Shown here piece after piece: positions 38,217 through 47,192 of a stretch of 64,000 nt of DNA. The DNA comes from a virus, in IMG/VR virus record IMGVR_UViG_3300030012_003189, positions 1 to 64,000 of that record. One strand, 5' to 3'. Under the pieces are notes generated by a model. The model made no database searches and was not told the origin of the DNA. It was given only the letters and a program-made list of their open reading frames with translations. Made by a program: the position numbers and the translations under genes. Every line of letters begins with the position of its first letter. The stretch's first letter is position 1.

Positions 38217-38586
38217 ATTTTAATTGTTTTAAAATTTCATATTCTTCTGATGTTAGTTTTATATTGTTTGGATTCTCTAAAATAAATTCAATATTTCCAT
38301 TTTCTATCGAATCTCTTAACAAACTTATCGTACTATCTGCTAAGTTAGATAGTCTACAATCTTTATCAATTACAATTTTAAATACACATTCACTAAGGTG
38401 AAACTTAGAAAAGTCCCTCATTGTAGTTTTTTTACAATCTGTAGTATCAATATGTTCTTTTGTAAATGTATTCTCATCATAATTTACAATCATACTGTTT
38501 GCAAATAAAGTTTTTAGTTTTGTTTTATCAAAACCATTCTTAACGTATCCATCAGGACACAATATTTCAAATAAATGTTTTTTCAT
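38206..38586 (-). CDS. Hypothetical protein
   Basis: 126 aa ORF overlapping both neighbours in the operon. Confidence 0.55.
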   Translation of the reverse strand: MKKHLFEILCPDGYVKNGFDKTKLKTLFANSMIVNYDENTFTKEHIDTTDCKKTTMRDFSKFHLSECVFKIVIDKDCRLSNLADSTISLLRDSIENGNIEFILENPNNIKLTSEEYEILKQLKYEI

Positions 38587-39343
38587 CTCCTAAAATATTT
38601 ACATCTAATGTTCTCCAAGGCTCAACATCATATATTTTTTTAATTAATCCAATGTTTATTTCTAAATTAAAACAATTTCCACTATTATCGTATGCCTTAT
38701 ACTTTGTTAATTCATTTGTGTTTATCAAAAATATGGAATTTGCTAAAGGTTTTACAAGATTTCTTTTTACATCTTTATTTCTTTCTAAAAAATCTTCAAT
38801 TCTTTGAAATGTATAAAGTTTATCAAATAATCCAGCTCTCCACAATGTATATTGGCAAATAGCTTTGTGTTCATCTGTTAAATCATGTTCATAGTTTGCT
38901 ATTCCAAAGTTAAATGGGGTATCGCTATAATCATGCAACCCACCAATATAGTCTATTTCTTTGGAAAATGTTTTATCATCATCTAAACAAGTTAATTTTG
39001 CTTTAAATCTTTTTGATATTGAATCATGACTTATAATCATAACATATCTTTTATATAAGTTTTCTTTACCAACATAAAATGATATATCATTAAAATTAGA
39101 TTTACCATCAATCACATCCCAAAAATCCCAAGTGAACATATTTCTATTTTTAGCAAATACACCCATATGTTTACCTGGTCTACAAAAAATACAATGAGTA
39201 TCTCCTGTATTTATTTCATCCATTTGAAATTCTACATAAAAAGTAAAATCTTTTTGTGTAGATTCCCAAACATTTGTATCAGTAAATCTATAACTATTAT
39301 TATTTGTAATGAACCAAGGTCTTTTGTGTAATATCTTTAACAT
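38567..39343 (-). CDS. Stand-alone LamG/concanavalin A-like domain protein
   Basis: DFTFYVEF, IFCRPGKHMG, PFNFG, AYDNSGN; resembles the inserts in the two GT7 genes. Confidence 0.5.
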   Translation of the reverse strand: MLKILHKRPWFITNNNSYRFTDTNVWESTQKDFTFYVEFQMDEINTGDTHCIFCRPGKHMGVFAKNRNMFTWDFWDVIDGKSNFNDISFYVGKENLYKRYVMIISHDSISKRFKAKLTCLDDDKTFSKEIDYIGGLHDYSDTPFNFGIANYEHDLTDEHKAICQYTLWRAGLFDKLYTFQRIEDFLERNKDVKRNLVKPLANSIFLINTNELTKYKAYDNSGNCFNLEINIGLIKKIYDVEPWRTLDVNILGDEKTFI

Positions 39344-40758
39344 AGTGATTTACATTTATGGTAAAAATCTTCCAATTCAGGAAAAGTTTCTAAAAAGTTT
39401 GTATTTCTTCTCATATCATGAGCATTAAAATATCTATAAAAATTTTGCATTGACATTTTAAGATGCTTAGGGTCTACATCAGCGTTCATCCAATCATATA
39501 TCCTTTTTACTTTTTGTATCTCTATATCTGAGTATCCAATGTAGTTATGGTCAAAAATTGGAACTCCTTGAAAGAACATAAGTTTGGATTGTTCTAATAC
39601 AGTATCTTTCCATTTTTTATCTTGTAGTAATTGTACACTTTGATGCCAAGGATATCTTAGGTATGATGAATCTAAAAATACAGCTGATGCCCAATATCTA
39701 TCTGATGTTCCATACTCTTGTTTTAAATCATAAATACCATCTATAAGTTTTATATAATTTGGAACAGAAAGAAGTCCGTATGTTCCCATTACCGTAATAT
39801 TAACTCTTGGACACTTAGTAAGAATTTTATTTAAATTATCCCAAAATCTATTAAATTCTAAACCAGTCCTTATGTACTCAGCTTGTTTACCCCAAGTATC
39901 AACTGATGTAAATATGATAAATTCTTTAACTCTATCTTCATCAGAAATTTTATTTATTTTATCGATAAATCTATCAACCAATTTATCATCAATACCTAAA
40001 TTAGAATTTATTGCTAATTGTAAGTTTTTATTTGGGTTTGGTTCTTCTATTATATAATCTAATACTTTCCATGTATCTTTTGATAGTAATGGTTCACCAC
40101 CAGTAATTCTAAATGTATGTAAATCTCTATATAAATCTGGCCACCATTTCCAAAATGCTTCTACATATGGATTATGTTCAGTTTGTTTTTGAGGCCACTT
40201 ATCTTCATCAATATGTCTTTGTTTAGAATTAAAATCATCTGAGGTTGGATAACCTCCAAACTTTTCAACTTCTTGTTGCCAAGTTGTTGAATATGCAGGT
40301 CCACAATAAGAACATTTAAAATTACAAGTGTGAGAGAATGCTACCTCTACATATTTTGGATTATAATCAGCTCTCCAGTCTGATGTTGCTATTTCATCCA
40401 TATGAGGTAAAGACCAACTTTCATTTGATTTAAAAACTCTATCTGAAAATTGATTTGAATTATCTTCTACATTCCAACAATAATCGCACTCTTTAGGTCT
40501 TTTACCTTCAAGCATTTCTTTCCTTCTTCTTTTCTTAAATGAAGTATTGTGAAGTGCGGATGGATTTCTTTGAATCTCCCTTACAGGTATTTTATGTGTT
40601 TTAGGATGGTGGCACGAATGTGTATGACCAGTTTGCATTTGTATTGTAACCTGTGTCCATTTTGCTAAACAAAATCCACATCCAACTTTATCTAATTTGT
40701 TTTTTGTGGATACGAAATGTTTATTTTCGTGATGATTCCAATTATTATCTGTTGACAT
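39337..40758 (-). CDS. Radical SAM protein with N-terminal twitch-like domain
   Basis: CNFKCSYC; ITGGEPLL; N-terminal CLAKW..HSCHH..CDYCW. Confidence 0.88.
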   Translation of the reverse strand: MSTDNNWNHHENKHFVSTKNKLDKVGCGFCLAKWTQVTIQMQTGHTHSCHHPKTHKIPVREIQRNPSALHNTSFKKRRRKEMLEGKRPKECDYCWNVEDNSNQFSDRVFKSNESWSLPHMDEIATSDWRADYNPKYVEVAFSHTCNFKCSYCGPAYSTTWQQEVEKFGGYPTSDDFNSKQRHIDEDKWPQKQTEHNPYVEAFWKWWPDLYRDLHTFRITGGEPLLSKDTWKVLDYIIEEPNPNKNLQLAINSNLGIDDKLVDRFIDKINKISDEDRVKEFIIFTSVDTWGKQAEYIRTGLEFNRFWDNLNKILTKCPRVNITVMGTYGLLSVPNYIKLIDGIYDLKQEYGTSDRYWASAVFLDSSYLRYPWHQSVQLLQDKKWKDTVLEQSKLMFFQGVPIFDHNYIGYSDIEIQKVKRIYDWMNADVDPKHLKMSMQNFYRYFNAHDMRRNTNFLETFPELEDFYHKCKSLC

Positions 40759-40771
40759 ATATTAATACATA

Positions 40772-42214
40772 TTAAAACTTTACATTTATCATTTTTGCTT
40801 TAGGGTTGATTTCCTCTATACTAACCAACTCATATTTTAGCTGCTTGATACCATCAGATTTGTAATCCCACTTACCTTGCTGCATTTCCAAAACATATCT
40901 TCTTTCATTTCTTGCTGTAGTTTCTCCTTTAGCCCACCTATCTTGTCCTTTATTATCTGATATCAATCCTTCATCTTTATGGTGTAGACAAAACATTCTC
41001 CCCTTTCTTCGATGTGGAATTGGTGGTTGTGATAATTTGATTATTTCTTCTCCAGTAGTTATTGTTTCCACTTCACCATCATAACTATTACCACTAATAT
41101 CCTTTGCTTCACCATTTTCAAATTCATAGTGAAGTTTTAAACCATCGGATGGAATATTATTTGTTAATTGTTTTATTTCATCATCTTTTAAATTTCTATC
41201 CCATAACATTACCTTTGCTATATCACCTTTAAAGAATCTACTAGCATCTCTTTCACCAACAGAAGTTGTGTGTCCTAACGTGAATGGCATAGAACCATAC
41301 CTTTTTAACTTACCATCAAAACTAAGTGGTGAATGAGTTCCATGTCCATGTCTTGCATCAGATTCCGTACCATTTAGATAAAAATGTATTTTATTGTTTT
41401 CAGTATCAATTGATAATGTTATCCAACTCCAATAATTTTCATATCGTTTCATCCATTGATATAGAGCTTCTTTTTTATGATTCCATAATAGTGATGTATA
41501 TGCTCTACTGTTATTGTAACTCAATCCCCAATCATATCCTGCTCTCCTAATTATAGGATATTCACAAAATCTTCTATCCCAATCACCAACTAACCATATT
41601 GGAACTTTTTCTTCTTGTTGATTTGCCTTTACCAATACTGAAACTGTATGAGATTTTGATGTGAGGTGTGCAATACCTCTATCTACTGGGATTGTTACCT
41701 TTGAATTAGTACCATTGAATCTTAAAAAGTTTTGTTTACCAATTTCTACTTCTCTCACATTAGCATATCCTTCTAAATAACATCTCCAAAACAAATCATC
41801 ATCTTCCATACCCCAATCCCAATAATCATTTGAATATCCGTTGGTTTTTTCAACTTGTTCTTTGTTAAAAAGTACTGCTCCACCAAAATATTCCTGATAT
41901 TTTAGTTCATAGTTCATTTGTGATATATGAGTTGCTATATGAATAGGTGTTTTTTCAGGAAAAGAATAATCAGTTCCTTCTTCTGGTATCATATCGATAT
42001 CGTGCCAAACGATATAATCACAACCATCTTCGAATGCATGTTTTGCAGCTACATTTTTTGTTGCTCCTCTATTAAATAACTTATCATCTACTTGATGAGC
42101 AAAGTACATACAATAATCTATACCTTTAGACTCCAAATATGCTCCGACTTTTGGCACAAACTCTTTTAAGTGAGCTTCTCTATTTCTATATGGTACACAA
42201 ACTCCTAATTTCAT
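40772..42214 (-). CDS. GT7 (beta-1,4-galactosyltransferase-like) glycosyltransferase with inserted LamG domain
   Basis: VPYRNREAHL, FNRG, HDIDM, YFGG, NGYSNDYWDWGMEDDD; ~230-aa LamG-like insert; C-terminal DGIKQLKY. Confidence 0.85.
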   Translation of the reverse strand: MKLGVCVPYRNREAHLKEFVPKVGAYLESKGIDYCMYFAHQVDDKLFNRGATKNVAAKHAFEDGCDYIVWHDIDMIPEEGTDYSFPEKTPIHIATHISQMNYELKYQEYFGGAVLFNKEQVEKTNGYSNDYWDWGMEDDDLFWRCYLEGYANVREVEIGKQNFLRFNGTNSKVTIPVDRGIAHLTSKSHTVSVLVKANQQEEKVPIWLVGDWDRRFCEYPIIRRAGYDWGLSYNNSRAYTSLLWNHKKEALYQWMKRYENYWSWITLSIDTENNKIHFYLNGTESDARHGHGTHSPLSFDGKLKRYGSMPFTLGHTTSVGERDASRFFKGDIAKVMLWDRNLKDDEIKQLTNNIPSDGLKLHYEFENGEAKDISGNSYDGEVETITTGEEIIKLSQPPIPHRRKGRMFCLHHKDEGLISDNKGQDRWAKGETTARNERRYVLEMQQGKWDYKSDGIKQLKYELVSIEEINPKAKMINVKF

Positions 42215-42369
42215 TTAGATTCTCTAATATCTACTAATAATTGCATTACTTCTTCTAACTTATATTTTGATTCTTGCCCTTCACACAAATCTTGACAACA
42301 TATATCCAAATTTCTGTGAATAAATTGTAACTTTTCATCTATCTCATCCCATTTGTTTTCCAATCCCAT
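42211..42369 (-). CDS. 52-aa hypothetical protein (not in track)
   Basis: MGLENKWDEIDEKLQFIHRNLDICCQDLCEGQESKYKLEEVMQLLVDIRESK; ATGA overlap with the next gene. Confidence 0.65.
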   Translation of the reverse strand: MGLENKWDEIDEKLQFIHRNLDICCQDLCEGQESKYKLEEVMQLLVDIRESK

Positions 42370-42371
42370 AC

Positions 42372-42848
42372 TTAATCCATTTCTAATTTTCTATCAAAGT
42401 GTTTTGCATCTTTTAATACTTGTGGATTTTGTTTGATTGTTTGCATAGAAATCATATCCTTCATCTTAGTTGTTGACCAACCATGTGCTCGAGTTGTATA
42501 AACAATCTTTGGTGGTAAGTCATCACCAGTAAATGATTTACCAATGTAATCTTCACCTAAGATTCTTATATCAGGTTTAAAAAACTCTATTAAACGTCTT
42601 AGCTCTTTTTCTGTTTGATATACATAAACTTCATCTATATATCTTATAGCCATCAATGTACGATATCTTTCATGTATAGGAATTACAGGTTTATATTTTG
42701 ATTTTCTATGTTCGGATGGGTCTCTATGTAAAAACACTATGAACTTATCACAATGTTCTTTTGCTGCTTCGAATGTGTAAATGTAACCCGGATGAATTAA
42801 ATCAAAATTACCAGCCGTAAATCCTACTATCTGTTTTTGTTTTTTCAT
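42372..42848 (-). CDS. tagD: Glycerol-3-phosphate cytidylyltransferase-like (HIGH family)
   Basis: GNFDLIHPGY, ERY..L.AIRYIDEV, GEDY, R.HGWSTT. Confidence 0.75.
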   Translation of the reverse strand: MKKQKQIVGFTAGNFDLIHPGYIYTFEAAKEHCDKFIVFLHRDPSEHRKSKYKPVIPIHERYRTLMAIRYIDEVYVYQTEKELRRLIEFFKPDIRILGEDYIGKSFTGDDLPPKIVYTTRAHGWSTTKMKDMISMQTIKQNPQVLKDAKHFDRKLEMD

Positions 42849-44290
42849 AATTCTACTGTTATATAGTTAACTTTCTGATTTCCATAATCAGTACCAAATG
42901 TTAATTTGTTATCACTTATAGTTTTGAATTTTAATGAATCTATTCCATCCCTTCTCCAATTAGTTTTACCTTTTAGCACTTTATTATAAAATCTAAGTTG
43001 GTTTTTACGAGTTTCTGTATAAATCCATTTGTTTTCATAGAATCCATTATCGTCGTGATGTAACAATTCAAATTTAGAGTTTCTTCGCCACGGAATTGTT
43101 ATCTCTTGATAATCTTCAATATGTGGAGTTGATATTCTATTACAATGGTGTATTTTACCATTTGAACCATTACCAGTAAGTTCAATTAGTTTGTGATATG
43201 TAGATGCTTTAGCATCATATGCACATTCTAAACAATGTGGTGTGGTGTATCCATCAAATCCTTCGGTTACACCAATACCTAAGTTATTATATATGGATTC
43301 TACTTGACCCGGCTCTAATGAATGATTCCAAATTGCTACTTGATTTATTAAACCATTAAAAAACCTTCTTCCATTTTGTGAGTTTGGACCAGGCCTACCT
43401 AAGTAAAAATACTTTTGATTGTGGTATGGTAGCAATCTACCTTCAAATGTAGCTTCATCAATTAACTCACCATCTTGATATAGTTTTACAAACTTATTAT
43501 ACTGGTCTACAACTACCATAAGTGTAGTTCTTCTTTCTGTACCGATTGTTGATTTTAAACTTATACATTCTTTTTTAGATGTAAATGTTTCAAACTTAAA
43601 TCGTTTAAATGAATTAAATGTAAATCCAGTATCAAAACCAGGTACTGATAAAATAGAATATTCATCTACTTCTAAATTTTCACTTAAATCCATTTTGTAT
43701 GGTTCGCATTCTAACAACATAGTGTAATTATCCAAACCAAATTTCATCGGTATTTTAACTTCACTATCATATCCATTGAATTCTAAACCAGCGGTGTTCC
43801 AAGTTTTAATTGGTTGGTGTTTTAAATTTAAATCAAAAAAGTTTTCTTTACATCTGAATAGTAAATCATCATCTTCATATCCCCATCCCCAATATTCATT
43901 TGAGTACCCATTTACTTTGTAGTAATCCATTATAGGAAACAAAGTAACTCCTCCGAAATATGAATCGAAGATAATTCTTTTTTCTCCTACCTTAGATACA
44001 AAGTTTGTAGCAAGGTGAGTTGGTCTGTTTACATATGAATAATCAACATCCATAGGTAACATATCCACATCATGCAGAGCTACATAGGTACATTTTAACT
44101 TTTTTGCTCTTTCTACACCAATGTTAAGTAACTTACCTCTATTGAAAGGTTTATCATCAGCTTGCTCTACCACAATAATCTCATATGGTATCTTCTGCTT
44201 TTTAAGATGATTTGATATAGAAGGAATAAATTGGTTAAGATGTTCTCTACGATTTCTGTAAGGAACAACTATACCAATTTTATTTTTCAT
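42845..44290 (-). CDS. GT7 glycosyltransferase with inserted LamG domain (paralog)
   Basis: VPYRNRREHL, FNRGKLLNIG, HDVDM, NGYSNEYWGWGYEDDD; LamG FNGLINQVAIWNHSL; C-terminal DGIDSLKF. Confidence 0.87.
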   Translation of the reverse strand: MKNKIGIVVPYRNRREHLNQFIPSISNHLKKQKIPYEIIVVEQADDKPFNRGKLLNIGVERAKKLKCTYVALHDVDMLPMDVDYSYVNRPTHLATNFVSKVGEKRIIFDSYFGGVTLFPIMDYYKVNGYSNEYWGWGYEDDDLLFRCKENFFDLNLKHQPIKTWNTAGLEFNGYDSEVKIPMKFGLDNYTMLLECEPYKMDLSENLEVDEYSILSVPGFDTGFTFNSFKRFKFETFTSKKECISLKSTIGTERRTTLMVVVDQYNKFVKLYQDGELIDEATFEGRLLPYHNQKYFYLGRPGPNSQNGRRFFNGLINQVAIWNHSLEPGQVESIYNNLGIGVTEGFDGYTTPHCLECAYDAKASTYHKLIELTGNGSNGKIHHCNRISTPHIEDYQEITIPWRRNSKFELLHHDDNGFYENKWIYTETRKNQLRFYNKVLKGKTNWRRDGIDSLKFKTISDNKLTFGTDYGNQKVNYITVEL

Positions 44291-44504
44291 TATCTATATA
44301 CTTGTCTTTCCAAAGTGATAAGTACCATTCCATTCTTGGTCCCCATTCTTCTTTATCGATTTCTTCAAACCATAAAGTAAGTGCATCTACTGAATTAGCT
44401 ATCTTTTCTAATGCTTTTACTTTTCTCTCCTCTAATAAAGGGTCAAAACCTCCACCATTAGCTGAGATACTTGCTTCTTCTACTTTTGCTGCTTTCTTTG
44501 CCAT
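44280..44504 (-). CDS. Hypothetical protein
   Basis: 74 aa ORF within the operon. Confidence 0.6.
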   Translation of the reverse strand: MAKKAAKVEEASISANGGGFDPLLEERKVKALEKIANSVDALTLWFEEIDKEEWGPRMEWYLSLWKDKYIDNEK

Positions 44505-44509
44505 AATTT

Positions 44510-45370
44510 TTAAATTTTTAATATTCCTTTTGTTAGTCTATTCCAATATTGATAATCCCAATGTTCGTTTTCAATAGGAATTTGTCTTTCCAATCCAAAC
44601 TTTACATTATCGATATCTATTTTCCAATCATTATCTTTGATTGCGTTATACATCTTTTTGTATTCTTCCCAAAAAGTGTAATCTTCTTCTGTTTCTGAAA
44701 CTTCTTTTAATCTTTCTAAAACAGTTGAATCCCATTTGAAGTGATGAACTTGTACAAATCCTTCACCTCTACCAGGTGGGTATCTTAAAGAGTGATTAAC
44801 ACCTTCTTCTCCCCACACATCCTTTCCATCAATATGTGCGTAATGCTGTCCGTTTGTTATTTGAATCTTTCCTTTCATTACACACACTTTATTTGGACAA
44901 GCTCCACTAAGTGGATACCTAAAAAAACCACTATATGGAAACGCTTCCCATATATTAGTTTCGCTATCTACAATGGGAAAACTCCCATCCTCTCCAATCC
45001 TATCCAAGAATCCACCTGTGATAAACTCCCATCCTTTTACTTCACATTCATCAATCATTTCTTCAATTGGCTTTGGATAAATCTGAATCTCATCATCATC
45101 TGATACAATCCACCAATCGTTTGGTTTAGTCATCTTTACTTCATTATAAAGTTCAGTTACCTTTTCCCAATGAAACTTTGGTTCAGTTACTACTTTGTAA
45201 GGAGTCAATCCCAAGTTTTCAATTTCCTCTAATATCCCATCGTTCTCATCTTGTCGATAAACTACGATAAAGATATTTTTTTCATCCACAAATTGCTGAT
45301 AGTATTTCAACATATGTGGTAACATAGTGATGTTATGCCCAACTACTGTTACTAAGTTTAAACCCTGCAT
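44510..45370 (-). CDS. GT-A fold (GT2-like) glycosyltransferase
   Basis: MLPHMLKYY, WWIVSDDDE (DxD), HHFKW; likely start is MQGLNLV at 45370 rather than 45448. Confidence 0.7.
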   Translation of the reverse strand: MQGLNLVTVVGHNITMLPHMLKYYQQFVDEKNIFIVVYRQDENDGILEEIENLGLTPYKVVTEPKFHWEKVTELYNEVKMTKPNDWWIVSDDDEIQIYPKPIEEMIDECEVKGWEFITGGFLDRIGEDGSFPIVDSETNIWEAFPYSGFFRYPLSGACPNKVCVMKGKIQITNGQHYAHIDGKDVWGEEGVNHSLRYPPGRGEGFVQVHHFKWDSTVLERLKEVSETEEDYTFWEEYKKMYNAIKDNDWKIDIDNVKFGLERQIPIENEHWDYQYWNRLTKGILKI

Positions 45371-46137
45371 CTTTGTATCAGTGTCAACCCAGTTGTAGAT
45401 GGTTTTTCTTTCATCACCCCGTTGTTGAAGAAATTGAAAAGTTCCCATTCGTTACTTTCTTTTAGTTCTTTTATGAGTTTATTAGGTCCATCAAATGGAG
45501 CATGATGGTTTTTTTCTTTTACATCTTCCGTTATGATGAGTTCTTTTTCAAAAGATTCATCTGTATCGTGGATTGAAATTACACCATAATCCGATAAGAT
45601 ACTTGAGTAAAGAGTAAAATCATTTTTAACATCATCATACGAGTGACCCGCATCTATGTGTAGGTAATCTATCTTTATATCTTCCTTAACAAAGAAGTTA
45701 TAAAATGCGTTTTCGGTGGTATCTAAGATAACTCTACAATCAAAGTTTTTCCTAAAGAATGAACGTTTATCCGTCCAATCAGTAAACCCTCCTACTCCGT
45801 TATCTGCATCAACTACGAATGTAGTACCACAATCACCCCACTCCATCTGTTTTAGACCTGTAAATATTTTTTGGTCATGCAAATCTATTCTCGCTTGTGT
45901 CATTATACGAGGAATAAATCCACCACCACTTCCTAAACATACACATACCTTTGCTCTCATCATTTGTATGGTAGAATATATAATCATACCATCACCTAAA
46001 TGTAAATCGGTTGCTCCATGTGTCCATCTATATGGAACAGGTGCAATATCAGTAAAAGGTTTACCATTAGTATCCCTCTTTTTGACTTGATTGTTTGATA
46101 TGTATTTTTCTATTAAACCTAAATTAAGTAAAGACAT
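45358..46137 (-). CDS. Class I SAM-dependent methyltransferase (sugar O-methyltransferase type)
   Basis: VCLGSGGG; IDYLHIDAGHSY; ISIHDT; upstream TATTTATA at 46161-46168. Confidence 0.8.
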   Translation of the reverse strand: MSLLNLGLIEKYISNNQVKKRDTNGKPFTDIAPVPYRWTHGATDLHLGDGMIIYSTIQMMRAKVCVCLGSGGGFIPRIMTQARIDLHDQKIFTGLKQMEWGDCGTTFVVDADNGVGGFTDWTDKRSFFRKNFDCRVILDTTENAFYNFFVKEDIKIDYLHIDAGHSYDDVKNDFTLYSSILSDYGVISIHDTDESFEKELIITEDVKEKNHHAPFDGPNKLIKELKESNEWELFNFFNNGVMKEKPSTTGLTLIQRCRV

Positions 46138-46194
46138 TTGGTTTAGATTATGGTGTTGTATATAAATATATAAAAATATAGAAAACGATAAAAA

Positions 46195-47181
46195 TTAGAA
46201 TAGTTTTTTTACCTTATCTCGCCATGCCCATTTGTTGTGGTACTTCATCATCCATTCAGATAATCTTATCCAATTATCTAATTGCTCTTCATAAGAATCT
46301 CTACATATGATTTCTACCATAGAATCAAACTCTTCTTTTGATGATGCTCTATATTTGTAATCTACATCTCCCCAATCGGAATGTAGTATTGGAAGTTTTC
46401 CGTAATCAACGGCTTGGAAGATTGAATATCCAAATGGTTCATTTGTATGACAGGAATGTGAAATACTCCAATCCTTTTTCATAAATGAATCTAAAATCTG
46501 AATATCCCATTGGTAAAATTTAATATCACTAAAATTATATTGGTTAGTTTCTACTATGTTTTTCCAATCATATTTACTACTTAAAACAAATCCTCTATGA
46601 TTATCCATATAGTGAATATTTTTACGAGATTCAATACGAGAAGTAAATCCAATTTTAGAATCTGTTAATCTTTGTAGTAAAAAATCTTTTTTAAATTCAT
46701 AAAAGTTTGGAATTGTTATAGTATTATTAGGATAATCTGTAAATAATTGTGAATCTGTTAGTCCAATCCAAATTCTTTGTTTACAATACTTCATTAAATC
46801 ATCAATTGCTTCGGTATCTATATTAGTTTGGAATTGTTTTGTAGAATCACCATACTTTAACATATCGGGTAAATATGCATGTACAAATATATTAGTCCAT
46901 TTATCTTTATACTTCCAAAGATGTTCTCTTTTGTGATAATTCGCATGTAAAAAATGGATTTCTTCACAATCTTCTAAAAGTTGTTCTGATTTTTTAGGAT
47001 TATCGTAATGAAAATGATAATTTGTTAAAGATGTTTCAAATCCAACAGGTTTTCTACCATCTACAAATATAAAATAATCATCTGATAGTTCAGGTAGTAC
47101 TAAGTTAATAAAATGATTTGTCCATAAATCAGCTCCACCTTGTATGATATTTCCAAAACCAGTTGTTACTAATAGTTTCAT
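46195..47181 (-). CDS. GT-B fold (GT4-like) glycosyltransferase
   Basis: GGAD near N-terminus; FTSRIESRKN; EPFGYSIFQAVDYGKLPI. Confidence 0.7.
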   Translation of the reverse strand: MKLLVTTGFGNIIQGGADLWTNHFINLVLPELSDDYFIFVDGRKPVGFETSLTNYHFHYDNPKKSEQLLEDCEEIHFLHANYHKREHLWKYKDKWTNIFVHAYLPDMLKYGDSTKQFQTNIDTEAIDDLMKYCKQRIWIGLTDSQLFTDYPNNTITIPNFYEFKKDFLLQRLTDSKIGFTSRIESRKNIHYMDNHRGFVLSSKYDWKNIVETNQYNFSDIKFYQWDIQILDSFMKKDWSISHSCHTNEPFGYSIFQAVDYGKLPILHSDWGDVDYKYRASSKEEFDSMVEIICRDSYEEQLDNWIRLSEWMMKYHNKWAWRDKVKKLF

Positions 47182-47192
47182 AAAGTATTATT

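Noticed and set aside
45371-45448. N-terminal extension of the GT2-like ORF given in the track
   Set aside because: It overlaps the methyltransferase by about 90 nt; ATG at 45370 gives the short overlap typical of this operon.
27820-47181. Host LPS/capsule island or prophage boundary
   Set aside because: No Wzx/Wzy/ABC export genes, no integrase or att site, same strand and coupling as the phage genes, and it carries the phage promoter-like motif at 46161.
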